NCBI GenBank assembly: GCA_020184695.1
Contig: JAANOX010000236.1
Span: 76,823 to 140,822 of the forward strand
Direction of reading: 5' to 3'
From: Histomonas meleagridis 2922-C6/04-290x
Lineage: Eukaryota; Protista; Parabasalia
Length of the DNA stretch: 64,000 nucleotides
Part shown: positions 45,354 through 56,864 of the stretch, one piece after another
How the letters are laid out: each line of letters starts with the position of its first letter
Numbering within the stretch: the stretch's first letter is position 1
The notes under the pieces: generated by a model
Seen by the model: only the letters and a program-made list of their open reading frames with translations
Databases searched by the model: none
Told to the model about the DNA's origin: nothing
Translations under genes and position numbers: made by a program

Positions 45354-46559
45354 TTATAAGTGACTTCCCAATGCTGTTCCACTTCCTCTAGTTGTCTGTG
45401 CTCTTCCATATGCCTTCTGGTTCATTCCCAAATTGTCCAAGTCGACAATATCAGAGAACTCAGAAAGCATATTTGTTTTATTGGGTTGTTGTGAAGGTTG
45501 TGGAGGTGCTGATGGGCTAATAAAATCATCCAACAAGTTTACTTGTTGATTTTGTGGTTGTTGTTGAGGAGTCGAAAAGTTTAGAAGATCATCAAATTGA
45601 TTATTATTTGATTTTGGTTGACTGTTTTGAGCAGGTGAAGGATTCGAGGGGCCAAATATGTCGAGGAGTGGATCACTTTTCACGTTATTCTGTATTGATT
45701 GATTATTTGAAAAATCAGAAAATGGATCAAATGACTGACCATTATTTGAATTTCCAAATGGATCGAATGGCTCTTGTTTAACCATAGGTGCTTTAGAATG
45801 TTTCACTGGACCTCCTGGCGGAGGTGGCAAGAATGACGAATTATTTGATCTGGTTTGGTTTGATGTTTTGTTGACTGGCTGTGGCTGGGGGTTCTGTTTT
45901 TGATTTTGTACTGGTTCTTCATCGTCATATTCGTAGTCATACTCATCATTATTATTTTGTGGCGCTTTGGGTGCAGACATTGCTGTGCTGTTATAGTTCT
46001 TATAGTCATCTGAGTAATTTGAGGTTCTGTAATTTGAATAATTATAGTTATATCCGCCATCATTTCCAAAGGCAGTAACTTTAGATTTAAGCTTGTTGGC
46101 TTTCGCTCGCTCAGCTTCATACATTTCGTTGTCATTTGCCATTGTTAAAATATTTTTAGCTTTTTGGCGAACAACAGCTTCTAATTGTGCTTCTTCACCA
46201 ACACTATATTTTTGTGAATATGATAGAGACTGAAGGAGGCCTGACATAGATTTTGTTTCATTGCGGAATGATGTATGACCATTTCTTAAAAGATATTCTA
46301 AAAGAATTAGTGTTTTTTGAACATGTCTGATATCTGGATCGCTGAGGCGTTCCCAAATTACTTTTTTGACTTCATCACACGCACTGTAGTTAAATGTTAG
46401 TTGAGCAATTTCTTGCATTTGAGAATTTGATGGACCCCATTTTTCATCATTCGTGGCTTCAAGAACAAGTTTTTCATTTTCAGTCCTTCCTGATAAGACA
46501 TATGATGTAGACCTAATTTTTTCTTTTGCCCATCGCCACATTTCAGTCATCGGAGTCAA
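45354..46559 (-). CDS. ENTH-domain epsin-related protein (EpsinR-like)
   Basis: EATNDEKWGPS...KTLILLEYLLRNG ENTH domain and a disordered tail with DPF/DLL clathrin-adaptor motifs. Confidence 0.9.
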   Translation of the reverse strand: MTPMTEMWRWAKEKIRSTSYVLSGRTENEKLVLEATNDEKWGPSNSQMQEIAQLTFNYSACDEVKKVIWERLSDPDIRHVQKTLILLEYLLRNGHTSFRNETKSMSGLLQSLSYSQKYSVGEEAQLEAVVRQKAKNILTMANDNEMYEAERAKANKLKSKVTAFGNDGGYNYNYSNYRTSNYSDDYKNYNSTAMSAPKAPQNNNDEYDYEYDDEEPVQNQKQNPQPQPVNKTSNQTRSNNSSFLPPPPGGPVKHSKAPMVKQEPFDPFGNSNNGQSFDPFSDFSNNQSIQNNVKSDPLLDIFGPSNPSPAQNSQPKSNNNQFDDLLNFSTPQQQPQNQQVNLLDDFISPSAPPQPSQQPNKTNMLSEFSDIVDLDNLGMNQKAYGRAQTTRGSGTALGSHL

Positions 46560-47245
46560 TTGAACAACGGTTTAACATTTAACTTTTTGTATTTGACGAT
46601 AAAAAAAACATTATTGGAAACTCAATTCAAACTTTTTTTCTTCAAAAAATCATTTTATTTTCTTTATTGTTCAACTAAATCAGACAATAATTATTTCTTA
46701 ATGAACTGGCCTTAACGGATGTAATTTCAATATCTATAAAAATTATTAATTCATTTTTCAAATTCAATTCAATTTTGTAAAACACTTTTTGGTTTATAGA
46801 CGTTCATCTCCGTGTTCTTTTAGAAACGTGGTGAATTAGTTGTTTGCATATTTCGTTATGAAAATACAAACTTATTATTTTGTGAAATAGGAAATTTTTC
46901 CTAGAAATTTACACTTTTTTTCCAAAAGGTATTTTACATTAAATCGGAATATATTCGAAGGAATTAATCAAAATAAAATTACTAAATGATTCAAAATGGA
47001 GAAATAGAAAAACTTTCTTCAAAAATATTCTCAAAAACAAATTTTGATTTTAATCTAAGAAATAAATTCATTTTATGAAAGATATTTATTTACGAACAAA
47101 GAAAAAATTAAGCTAATTGTTATTTAGGATTTTTTGGGTCAATTAAATGCTTTATATATTTATTACTTAATGAAGCAAATGCAAATAAAACAGGTAAGTA
47201 TGTGATTTTTTTTGAGAATATGGTGATTTGTCATCATATAAAAAA

Positions 47246-47869
47246 TTAATGAATGGATGGATTAGAATTAATTCTCGGAGTGTACACACGAGCTGTCTTT
47301 GCAGAAACCATTCGGAGTTTTCCATCTTCTTTAAGTGATTTTTTAAGGTTTTCAAACTTGAGTAATGTTTTTTCAAACAAATCTCGATAAAAGGCAACAG
47401 ATTCACGTGGCTGTTGAATTTTCATTGCTTTCCCATGTTTTCTTGCTTCAGCTTCTGCGAGTTCTCGTTGAAGTTGAAGTATTTGACGGTCTTTTCTCCT
47501 GAGTAATTCTGATTTTTTGTTTCCTTCAATTTCAAGTTGGTGTAACTCTTCTTTATATTCCTCTAATGTTTTGTTCCTTTCAGATATTGATTTTCTTTTA
47601 ACTTCTTCCTCTAGTTTAATTTGATCTTCATGTAAAGATTCTTCTTCATCATTTTCATCATCAATAAAATCATCTGAAAATACTTCCTCTTGAACTGGTA
47701 GATCCAATTTTGCTAAAACAACATGTTTTTCTTTTTTTTCATTTTTAATATTTGGTAACGAAATAGATTCAAACATTACTGAATCAACATCTTCATATTT
47801 TTCTACCATCTTATCAAAAGCTGATGGAGTTGGTGCTCTTACGTAATGATTTTGTTCTTCTTTCCACAT
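47246..47869 (-). CDS. Hypothetical coiled-coil protein
   Basis: 207-aa ORF, acidic then coiled-coil. Confidence 0.5.
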   Translation of the reverse strand: MWKEEQNHYVRAPTPSAFDKMVEKYEDVDSVMFESISLPNIKNEKKEKHVVLAKLDLPVQEEVFSDDFIDDENDEEESLHEDQIKLEEEVKRKSISERNKTLEEYKEELHQLEIEGNKKSELLRRKDRQILQLQRELAEAEARKHGKAMKIQQPRESVAFYRDLFEKTLLKFENLKKSLKEDGKLRMVSAKTARVYTPRINSNPSIH

Positions 47870-47961
47870 TTTGGTTCCTCAAAAAACAAATTAACGTTCT
47901 CTGATTTTTTATTATTATTATTTTTTGGTTTTTTCGAATAGTATCGTCTTTATTTAGCATA

Positions 47962-48780
47962 ATGTCTGAGGAACCTGCATACGACCTTCTTCGTCGTGTT
48001 AAGCCAAGTGATATTGAGCCACGACTATATGATTTAATTCGACTTTGCCCAAGATTATCAGAAACACTTTTAAGTACAGTTGATATCCCCATGAAAATTA
48101 AAGAAGACACAGCTGTTGGTGGTTTATTTGTTGCTTGTGAGTTCAATCGTGATCTTGATAGTCATCGCTCACCTCTTTCAAATAAATATTACCCAACGCT
48201 TCGAGATGGACAAATGATACCTGAACGATTACGTCGCATCGAAATCAAAGCGAATTATGCATTTAATGCATATCGGCACCTTTATTTTCATGGTGGCATA
48301 TGTTCAGTTTATCTTTGGGAAATAGAAACTAAAGTTTTCGGACTTGGTGTTTTTATTAAAAATAACATTAACACAAAGATAAGAACTGGCAACTCAATCA
48401 AAGGAGTAATTGATTGTAGTGATGTTATTGAAATTGATGAAACAAACCCAAAAGTTGCAAAATATACTTTAACATCATCTGTATTAATGAATGTATCAAT
48501 TGATATCGGATTATCTAAACCACTAACTATTGGGGGAAGCACAGCAGATAGGAAAATTGTTGAAAGGCCTTGGAAAAATGATAATGATCATATTGTAAAT
48601 GTTGGAGAACTTGTAGAATCAAATTCTGCTCACTTTAGAGATTATATTGAAGCAATTTACATTTCAAAAATGAGACAAATTATCGAATTGATGTCAAATC
48701 AAGATGGAATGGCATTACAGGCAGCAGTGGCCAAAGAATTAGCGACTTTATTTGCAAAGAAGAAAGCTTCTGGTCAATAA
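47962..48780 (+). CDS. CAPZB: F-actin capping protein beta subunit
   Basis: DLLRR, LLSTVDIP, CEFNRDLDSHRSP, YRHLYFHGGICSVYLW, HIVNVGELVE. Confidence 0.93.
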   Translation: MSEEPAYDLLRRVKPSDIEPRLYDLIRLCPRLSETLLSTVDIPMKIKEDTAVGGLFVACEFNRDLDSHRSPLSNKYYPTLRDGQMIPERLRRIEIKANYAFNAYRHLYFHGGICSVYLWEIETKVFGLGVFIKNNINTKIRTGNSIKGVIDCSDVIEIDETNPKVAKYTLTSSVLMNVSIDIGLSKPLTIGGSTADRKIVERPWKNDNDHIVNVGELVESNSAHFRDYIEAIYISKMRQIIELMSNQDGMALQAAVAKELATLFAKKKASGQ

Positions 48781-48995
48781 AAACATCTGAAATCACCATG
48801 TATATGTGTTTGGATAGAGGAGTTTTTTTATTTCAAAAAAGTTAAAATATGAAAACTAGCAGAATGAAACTAAGATTCGATGTTTTATTTACATTTTTTT
48901 GCAAAATATTCTATGTGATTATAGGAAATAAACGATGAGCAGGAACTTAAATTTTTAAAATAGAATAAGATATTTGATTGTGACTGAGTTGCAAG

Positions 48996-49622
48996 TTACT
49001 TGAGTGATTCAAAAGAAGTTATTTTTGGGTTTTTAAATTTATCATTTGTTTTTCTGAGCAAAGGCCTTGGGTTTGACAATGCCTTTTGAGGAGTTTCTAT
49101 GGTAAACATGTTGGAAAGAGAATTAATTTGAGAAAAAGATGCTGAATTTTCATGTTCTATTTTACTGCATGATTTCCTAGATGATAATGATGAATTATGG
49201 TGCTCTTTTAGATTAGAAATAATGCCTTCGTAACTGGATATCCTTTCCTGTAAATCAGATATTTCTTTATTTAATTGTTCAACAGTCAGTTCTCTTTGTT
49301 TTTTGGTTTCAACTGTTTGCCTGTTAAGTTGCTTAAGTTGCTTCGCAATTTTTACTAATTGCAATTTTAAATCAGGATTTTTTGGGATTGGTTTTTCCTC
49401 TTTTTTCCGAAAATATTCAAAACAAAGTGATTCTCCTATTGATAAAGTAGGCTTATTTAAAAATTTATCAACCATTTGCTTTTTAATATCGCAATAAAGA
49501 TTTATATTTTGTTGGAATACCGGAACAAAACGCTCAATGATTTCCATTAGAACGCACGCATCTGGGCATAAGTTGTTCTTGTTAATATTTCCAAAATCGA
49601 ATTGAGTTTCCATTTTTTCCAA
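48996..49622 (-). CDS. Hypothetical coiled-coil protein
   Basis: 208-aa ORF. Confidence 0.45.
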   Translation of the reverse strand: MEKMETQFDFGNINKNNLCPDACVLMEIIERFVPVFQQNINLYCDIKKQMVDKFLNKPTLSIGESLCFEYFRKKEEKPIPKNPDLKLQLVKIAKQLKQLNRQTVETKKQRELTVEQLNKEISDLQERISSYEGIISNLKEHHNSSLSSRKSCSKIEHENSASFSQINSLSNMFTIETPQKALSNPRPLLRKTNDKFKNPKITSFESLK

Positions 49623-49789
49623 AAATAAACCGACATTTCTTTGTCATTTTAATCCAGTAATTTTTAAATGAATTTTTTTGTCAAAAGTAATTCTCAGAGG
49701 TTTATCAACATAGAGCAATTTATCGAAACGTTTGATTCATCACCGTTTTCAAAGTGTTAAACAAATATTTAAGTCTGTTTCCTGAAGAA

Positions 49790-50800
49790 AATGGAATTTC
49801 TCTACATTTCACATCGCGAATTCTTGAAATATTTATCGAAGTTAGTGTTCCGTTTTTGTAATATGCTTAAAGAGACATACGTGCGGGTGTTTTGCTGGTG
49901 TGAAAACTGTTCATTAAAATTGCGTTCAAGTATGGAATTATCGATGCTTGGCTATAATTCCTTACTTAAATATAGCTATTTACTTTTATTTCGCTACGCA
50001 TCTTTAGCTGTCAGAATTAATCTCAAAAAACATAGAAGAATTCGATATTATATATGTCATTCGAAACGGAAGTTAAAGAATCAATTAAATCTTTTTTATA
50101 AATTCCAAACAATATTGATACTTCTGGAATCTTTAATTTAAATTAAAGATTATATAACGTGTATTATAATTCCTTCCTTCATCAGCATTCAATGAATGGA
50201 ATTCCATATTATATGTTGATTGGTAATAATGCTTTTCAATTATGTGAATTATTTTCTACAGTTATAATAATTGGAAAATATGCATTTTCTTATTGTACTT
50301 CATTAATAAACATTATAATTCCATCTTCTGTTACCACAATTGGCGATAAAAAATGCATTTTTTATTGACCAAAACTTGAATGTATTTATTTTTTATTGTG
50401 AAAGAGAACCATATTTCGGACCATCCGTTTTCGACAAAATTCATGTACAATTTGCCATGACATTGCATGCACATGATTATGAAACATTTGGTACATTGAC
50501 AGCAGACAAAGGAACTACACGTGATGATGTTCTCCATGGCCAACTATCTCTGCCACACAATGAAATACATTTTCACATTCATTCCCTCGCTCCAATTTGA
50601 TAACATTGATACATTCTACAGGATTTATGAATTCATTTTCACTTACAAATACAATTACTAAAACATTTTTTATAACAAATACAAGAATACTTTCTATGAT
50701 TAATGAAAAATATACGCATGTAGATACACAATTTTCTTATTATGATTCAGTAATCACTGGAGCAATTTTTTCCAAGCCGAGGAGTAAAACTTTCTTATGA
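49790..50800 (+). pseudogene. Degenerate BspA-like remnant
   Basis: Fragmented ORFs with IGKYAFSYCTSLINIIIPSSVTTIG and FIFYCEREPYFG (cf. CIYYNGNSEPEF in the intact paralog). Confidence 0.5.
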
Positions 50801-50842
50801 AAACATTTATTATGTTTTGTTGAGACATTTCCGAATAACATT

Positions 50843-51442
50843 TCATTTATTAATTTTTCGCTTTTTACTTTTTACTAACTGAAGTTGTTCCTGTTTCTCA
50901 CTTAGAATTTGCTCTTTTTTTGATAATTCGGTTAATGTTTCATTTAAGGATTTAGATGTTTTTTGAGATAACTCTGTCATTTTCTCCAAGACTTGCGCCG
51001 ACTTTTTGGCTTGCTCAGAAGCTAAAGAATGTTGTTCCTGGATGGAAGTTATTTCTAGTTCAATTCCTTCTATTTGATCATATAAATTTGATATTTGTTT
51101 AAGCTGCCTCGCATCGCTATGAAATCCATTTCTTTCTAACTCTTCTGAAATTGCAATGCATGATTTTTTTGATAGTGCATCATATGGAATCAAGTTAATT
51201 AAATATTTGATTGTGTTTTCCCCTCTTTTAAATAGCTTAAGGAAAAAATCAGTAGTAATCTTAGTAGAAGGATATTTGATTTTTTCGTTTGACAAAATTC
51301 CAAAAATTAATTCATCTGGAAATGTTAATATAATTTCATTTTCAATAAAAAATTCAAAATTTGAAGCCACTACCTCGATACATTCTTCGATATTTCCATT
51401 TTGTTCGATTGCAAAAATTAGTTTTTCGAGTGCTTCTTGCAT
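50843..51442 (-). CDS. Hypothetical protein (parabasalid BACK-like N-terminus plus coiled coil)
   Basis: 199-aa ORF; IEVVASNFEFF...ILSNEKI pattern. Confidence 0.45.
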   Translation of the reverse strand: MQEALEKLIFAIEQNGNIEECIEVVASNFEFFIENEIILTFPDELIFGILSNEKIKYPSTKITTDFFLKLFKRGENTIKYLINLIPYDALSKKSCIAISEELERNGFHSDARQLKQISNLYDQIEGIELEITSIQEQHSLASEQAKKSAQVLEKMTELSQKTSKSLNETLTELSKKEQILSEKQEQLQLVKSKKRKINK

Positions 51443-51533
51443 ATTTCACTTTTTAACGTATTTCATTCATTACAACATAAATCATAAAAAATCACATAGA
51501 AAAATGATTTGCTTTCGTAAAAATTAAATTTGA

Positions 51534-53705
51534 ATGAATGAATTAAGTTTAATTAATCATATTCCAGGGATAAGATCAGAAAAATTAATATCAGAAGTTG
51601 TATGGGAAGAGAAAGAAACAGTTTTATATATTGCTGAAATTCCAAAAATATATTTAAATGGGAAACAGGACACAAAATTTTTGATTTTAACCATTGCTTC
51701 ATTATATCTTGTCAAATCAAAATCAGCAAAAATAATTGAAAACATTGAAGAATTTTCAATTTTTGATTTAACAAAAATTAGTTATTTTCAACCAGATGAT
51801 TTAACACTAGAATTCACATTCAACGTAATAAAGTTTAATGTTATGGATGCTCCAAAATTAATAAATCAAATAATGTATCTCTATCATATATTATTTTATG
51901 AATTACCAGAAAATAAAAACATATTAAAGATCGAAACAGATAATTTTGATTTATTAAAAACAATAGAATTTAAACAAAGACCAAATTCTTTATTACAGTA
52001 TAGGATAATGGCATTACTTCATCGATATCATATAAAATTTAAATTTCTTTCTTTCCAATTCATAACTGATTGGGAAAAGAAAACAAATTTACCATTAAAA
52101 TTATCAAGAGGTAATAATTTTGATGTTGCTACTAAAGTTGTTGCTGAAGCTATGTCATGGGATAAAAATTTAAAGCTTTTAGTTTTAGATAGTTTTTTAA
52201 ACATAAAATTAAATGATTTTTTAAGTTACATTCTCGATAATTCGACGCATTTAACACATTTAAGTTTTGAAAATTATAAAGATCCACCTGCATCAAAATT
52301 TCATTTTAATGGAAATGTCTCATCGAAACTTATTGAAATTCAATTTAGGAATTGTAATACAAATTTTGTAATTGGCATTTTAAATGGTTTTTTTAGATTT
52401 GATGGAAAAATCAAAATTTTAACCTTTTCAAGATGTTCTTTTTCATTAGAAGAAATTAATATTATTAAAAGAATCATTGATTGTTTTCCATGTTTTATAT
52501 CTCTTCTAAGCTTAAAATTTGATGATGGTTCTGGGGATGCAATGAATGTAAATGAATTTGTAAAGTTTCTTTCTGTTTATAGTTTGAAATCATTTTCTAT
52601 TTCACAATCATCAATTGATACATCAGAAATATTTTCTTCTTTTTTTACAAGGAATTTAAAGATAGATCAACTTTTTATTTCGAAAGGAAGACTTTTTGAT
52701 AAAATATCATCTGATTTAACTTTATTTGATAACATTTGTTATCTTGATTTAAGTAGATCACAAGTTAATATATCTGCAATATCTTCATTATTTTCATGTT
52801 TATTTACAAAAAAGAGAAATCGCTTATTATCTTTAAACATTTCTGATATGTCATATTCAACATCTATTGATGACTTTTATAAAATTTTTAGCATTGAAGC
52901 AATGTTTCCAATTTTAGCAGAAATAAATATTTCTGGAAATGAATTAAATTTCGATCATCTTTCAATTTTATTAAAGTTCTTAAAGAAACAAACAAACTTA
53001 AAATATTTAAATATTTCGAGATGTTTTAAAGAACAAATTCCTAAATGCTTAAATCTTCTTGCTCAATTTATTATAGAATTTAAGTTAACCGGATTAGAAA
53101 TTTCGAGCAAATCAGATGTACAATTAAAACATTATGTTATACCATTCTTTCAAAAGTTAACTAATAATGAAAACTCACTTAAAACATTAATCATTGAACG
53201 CTCTGGTATGGGTGATGAAGGACTTTTTGCTTTTAATTCCATGATTTCTAAAAATTGTTGTTTAACTTCAGTGAGCATTGATGGGGCTAATGCAAAAGAT
53301 AAAAATTTACTTGATAATGTTTATCATATTCTAACGGGGTTTGAAAGAGTTGGAGCTCCTAAATATGATGCAGAAATGTTAGATAAAAATTTATTACGAC
53401 AAATTATGAAGAAACCAAAACCAAAATCAGTCATTGGAAGATTAAGTGAATACGAATTAATCATAAAAAATACCGAAAATTTATATAATCCAATAAACAA
53501 ATTACTTGAATTTCAAATGAAAATGACAAATGATATAGTTAAAGGTGAAGGAAATTTCATTGAAGAAAATAAAATTGTAAAATTCTTTCGAGATGCTTTA
53601 AAACGGAAAACAATGAAAACTCAAATTTCACCAATAGATGAAACGAAAGAAATAATGGATCAAATACAAAGTGAAGTTCAGGTGTCTGATGAATATGATG
53701 AATAA
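51534..53705 (+). CDS. CARMIL-like PH plus leucine-rich-repeat protein
   Basis: N-terminal PH-like region (FLILTIASLYLV), RI-type LRRs (YLDLSR, LNISDM, INISGN, YLNISR) and GMGDEG. Confidence 0.7.
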   Translation: MNELSLINHIPGIRSEKLISEVVWEEKETVLYIAEIPKIYLNGKQDTKFLILTIASLYLVKSKSAKIIENIEEFSIFDLTKISYFQPDDLTLEFTFNVIKFNVMDAPKLINQIMYLYHILFYELPENKNILKIETDNFDLLKTIEFKQRPNSLLQYRIMALLHRYHIKFKFLSFQFITDWEKKTNLPLKLSRGNNFDVATKVVAEAMSWDKNLKLLVLDSFLNIKLNDFLSYILDNSTHLTHLSFENYKDPPASKFHFNGNVSSKLIEIQFRNCNTNFVIGILNGFFRFDGKIKILTFSRCSFSLEEINIIKRIIDCFPCFISLLSLKFDDGSGDAMNVNEFVKFLSVYSLKSFSISQSSIDTSEIFSSFFTRNLKIDQLFISKGRLFDKISSDLTLFDNICYLDLSRSQVNISAISSLFSCLFTKKRNRLLSLNISDMSYSTSIDDFYKIFSIEAMFPILAEINISGNELNFDHLSILLKFLKKQTNLKYLNISRCFKEQIPKCLNLLAQFIIEFKLTGLEISSKSDVQLKHYVIPFFQKLTNNENSLKTLIIERSGMGDEGLFAFNSMISKNCCLTSVSIDGANAKDKNLLDNVYHILTGFERVGAPKYDAEMLDKNLLRQIMKKPKPKSVIGRLSEYELIIKNTENLYNPINKLLEFQMKMTNDIVKGEGNFIEENKIVKFFRDALKRKTMKTQISPIDETKEIMDQIQSEVQVSDEYDE

Positions 53706-53830
53706 ACCTTTTATTTAATAACGTAAAAAGTATATTCATGTTAAAGAACAATTTTTTTTAACATAATCAAAAATAAAAAATAGAAAAAAATTTTACTTTT
53801 AAAACAAAAACAAACATTTTTTTTTTTGAA

Positions 53831-55939
53831 TCATTTTGATTCTTTGTGATATATTAGTAAAAATTCACTTATTGAAATGAAATTCTTACTCGATATAACT
53901 TGTGAAATTTTATTATTGTCATATGTTTTATATATTTTCTTCCCTTTTTTTATTAGCAATTCGATGCTTTGCATTTCTTCATTTGAATAATGCAAAAGTT
54001 TCTGAATTCGCTTTTTAGTCTCGAAAATTTTTTCATTTTCAAATGCATAAAAAACAAAAGGAAAACCAAAAACGTTTTTCATTTTGTCGAGATGCAAAAC
54101 TTGAATCGGAGCGAAATATTCAAAATCGACTTTCACGATATTAATTCGAATAATTTTATTCAAATGTTTATTGAGGAAATCATTTTCATTTAATTCCTGA
54201 TAAATCACATTTCCAGATTGTAAAAAAAATTCCATTTTATTCGGATATCCTGGAATATATTTAACAATATCTTTAATTTTATCATTTTCATTACAGAAAA
54301 AGCAAAAATGTTTAGTGAAATTAACTGAATCATTAGAAAAGTCAATGTTTATAGTATTATAATTATTTATATTTGAAATAAAAGATTTTAATATGAAAAG
54401 TGTTTTAGTTTTTTCTAAATTTTGTGGAATTTTTTGCAAAGGTTTCAATTGCGGATAATTATTTTCTTCATTTTTATTAAATAAATATATTTTTTCATTC
54501 TTTAAAATATTTATATCAAATGTAAATATAATAAATTTAATAAGTTCATTTAATGATATATCTTTATAAAACTCAATTTTACCAAATGATTTACTTAAAT
54601 CATTATAATCTATAAGTTCAACACGTATAATATTTGCTAAACTAAACAAATATCGATTAATATCAAATGGATCTGAAGTTTCCATATAATCGATATAACT
54701 TGAAATTGTTTCTTTATTTTCATGACGTTTATGATATTTAGAAATAATTTCTTTCGATAATTTAATTTGATCAAATGTTTGATATATTATAATTGATCCG
54801 TTTTTAATGTCATTTTCTTTAAACGAATAAAAATCAAATAACATATGCGCGTAGTAATTCTTTTCAAGATATATAAAAAGTTTATGTCTCGAAATATTTA
54901 ATTGTTTCGTTATAAAAGAATTTAACGTTTGAAGTGTATCATTGATATTAACAATTTTGGAGCCAATATAAAGCATTGGAGAGTAATCAAGATAATGCGA
55001 ATAAAACTTAATGAAAATTATAACGTTATCAGGTTTGACTTCTAATTTCTCATCTGAACTCTTTTCTTGTAGAAATAGATTTTGCGTTTGAATTTCTTTA
55101 AGCGGCTTTTTTAATGGTAAATAGTTTAAAATGGTTAAATCTGTTGATAGTTCCCAAACACGAAATTGTTTAATTGGAATGGAAATGAGTTCCGAGATTT
55201 CGTTATATACATTTTGTTGTATTGTAATGTTAAGAGAATTCGTTTCGTTAATAAAACCAACTTTTCGTTGTTGAACATTTAATGAAATTCCACTTTCGAA
55301 ATATAAAGTAAACTTTTTTGCATTTTCATTATTAATAAAGTCGGATTTTGGCTTAATTTGGTTTTCTTCTTTGACCTTATTGACATTTGAAGTGAATTCA
55401 TTTCTTGAGATTTTGTTTTCGCTTTCTTCATCAATTTTTGTTTTGGAATTAATTTTAACATCTTCATCATCAAAATCAATCTTATTAGAGCACTGCTCTT
55501 TTGGTTTACTTGTTTCTTCAGGCATTGAACTTTGGAATTCAAATGGTTGAGATATTTGTTGAGAACGATTATCGATATTGTAATCAATATCAGAAATTGA
55601 AATTAAAAAACTAAGTGTACCATTGTTTTCATTTAGATTATTTAGAAGAATGTTAGGTGGGTAAATAGTGTCTGATGTTAAACATGAATAAAATTTTATT
55701 GTTTTTTCAACCAATTTTTTGTTGATTACTTTTGACCCCAAAATAATATCAAAACTTATTTTTATGGAAAATGGTTCTAGAGGAGGATTTTCTAACATGA
55801 CTGTTAAGCCAAATATTGATTTCTTTGAATTATAATTTCTAAATGAGAAAATGATGGAATTCCCCTCAACCAAAACAGGAAAAGATTGGATAGGCCCGAG
55901 CTCCTGTTTCCAATCAATTACATCCCATTTGAATTTCAT
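53831..55939 (-). CDS. MATH-domain protein with USP7-like C-terminal ubiquitin-like domains, no protease domain
   Basis: N-terminal MATH-like KFKWDVIDW. FIKFY...YIGSKIVNINDTL and FGFPFVF...EKIFETKKRIQKLL resemble USP7 UBL regions. No Cys/His boxes. Confidence 0.55.
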   Translation of the reverse strand: MKFKWDVIDWKQELGPIQSFPVLVEGNSIIFSFRNYNSKKSIFGLTVMLENPPLEPFSIKISFDIILGSKVINKKLVEKTIKFYSCLTSDTIYPPNILLNNLNENNGTLSFLISISDIDYNIDNRSQQISQPFEFQSSMPEETSKPKEQCSNKIDFDDEDVKINSKTKIDEESENKISRNEFTSNVNKVKEENQIKPKSDFINNENAKKFTLYFESGISLNVQQRKVGFINETNSLNITIQQNVYNEISELISIPIKQFRVWELSTDLTILNYLPLKKPLKEIQTQNLFLQEKSSDEKLEVKPDNVIIFIKFYSHYLDYSPMLYIGSKIVNINDTLQTLNSFITKQLNISRHKLFIYLEKNYYAHMLFDFYSFKENDIKNGSIIIYQTFDQIKLSKEIISKYHKRHENKETISSYIDYMETSDPFDINRYLFSLANIIRVELIDYNDLSKSFGKIEFYKDISLNELIKFIIFTFDINILKNEKIYLFNKNEENNYPQLKPLQKIPQNLEKTKTLFILKSFISNINNYNTINIDFSNDSVNFTKHFCFFCNENDKIKDIVKYIPGYPNKMEFFLQSGNVIYQELNENDFLNKHLNKIIRINIVKVDFEYFAPIQVLHLDKMKNVFGFPFVFYAFENEKIFETKKRIQKLLHYSNEEMQSIELLIKKGKKIYKTYDNNKISQVISSKNFISISEFLLIYHKESK

Positions 55940-56108
55940 TCTGTTTTGATTAAGATTTTCTCCAATTTTAAAACGATCAAAACAAATTCAATTTATTCAA
56001 CGTACTTTTGTATATTGAATTGTTTACATAACATCACCTAATTCAGGAAAAAAAAATTACAAAGTGAAATTTGAATGAGCTCTGTTTTGTTTTAGTTAAC
56101 TTGTCCAA

Positions 56109-56627
56109 ATGGCTCAAAGCCCTCTTCAGCCTTATTTGAACGCAATTCGTCGTTCACTTCAATCAGCATTATGTCTCAGGAACTTTGCATCTCAAGATGT
56201 TGAACGTCACAACAAGCCAGAAATCGAAACACAAACAAAGACCTCTCGCGAAGTTATCGGACATCCAATAATGATTTCAAGATCTGAAATCGAATGTGTG
56301 TATATTGAGACATCTATTAATAGCGTTCGTGTTTCCGTCAAGATTAAGCAACTTGATGATGTTGACACTCTTTTAACAAAGATGTTTATGAGGTTCCTTT
56401 GTCAACGTGCTGATCAGTTCCGTATCCTTCGTCGTAAACCAATTGAAGGATATGATATCTCATTTTTGATCACAAACATTCATACTGAACAAATGATTTT
56501 ATCAAAATTAATCGACTTCATCATCACATTCCTTCAGGACGTTGACAAGGAAATCTCTGATATGAAAGTCACATTAAATAAGAGAGCACGTAAATGCGCT
56601 GAAGAATTCTTGAAGATTCTCGTTTAA
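56109..56627 (+). CDS. ARPC4: Arp2/3 complex subunit 4 (p20)
   Basis: [55 protein letters not shown]. Confidence 0.96.
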   Translation: MAQSPLQPYLNAIRRSLQSALCLRNFASQDVERHNKPEIETQTKTSREVIGHPIMISRSEIECVYIETSINSVRVSVKIKQLDDVDTLLTKMFMRFLCQRADQFRILRRKPIEGYDISFLITNIHTEQMILSKLIDFIITFLQDVDKEISDMKVTLNKRARKCAEEFLKILV

Positions 56628-56864
56628 AAAATCCATCCCAATTCATCTTTTTTTTCTTATTGTTTTTTAAAATTTTACATAATTTGATTAATGCAAATTT
56701 TTACAATTTAGAGTCTAACGCACTTCATTAGCTGGATTAATTCATTTCTTTTAAAAATGCATACAGCACATGCTTCAAGAACAAATATGTGAACTGTTAT
56801 GCAGCGTTGAAATAATTTGTCACATAAGAAAATTTTCAATTGTTTATTTTCTACGGTTAATAAA

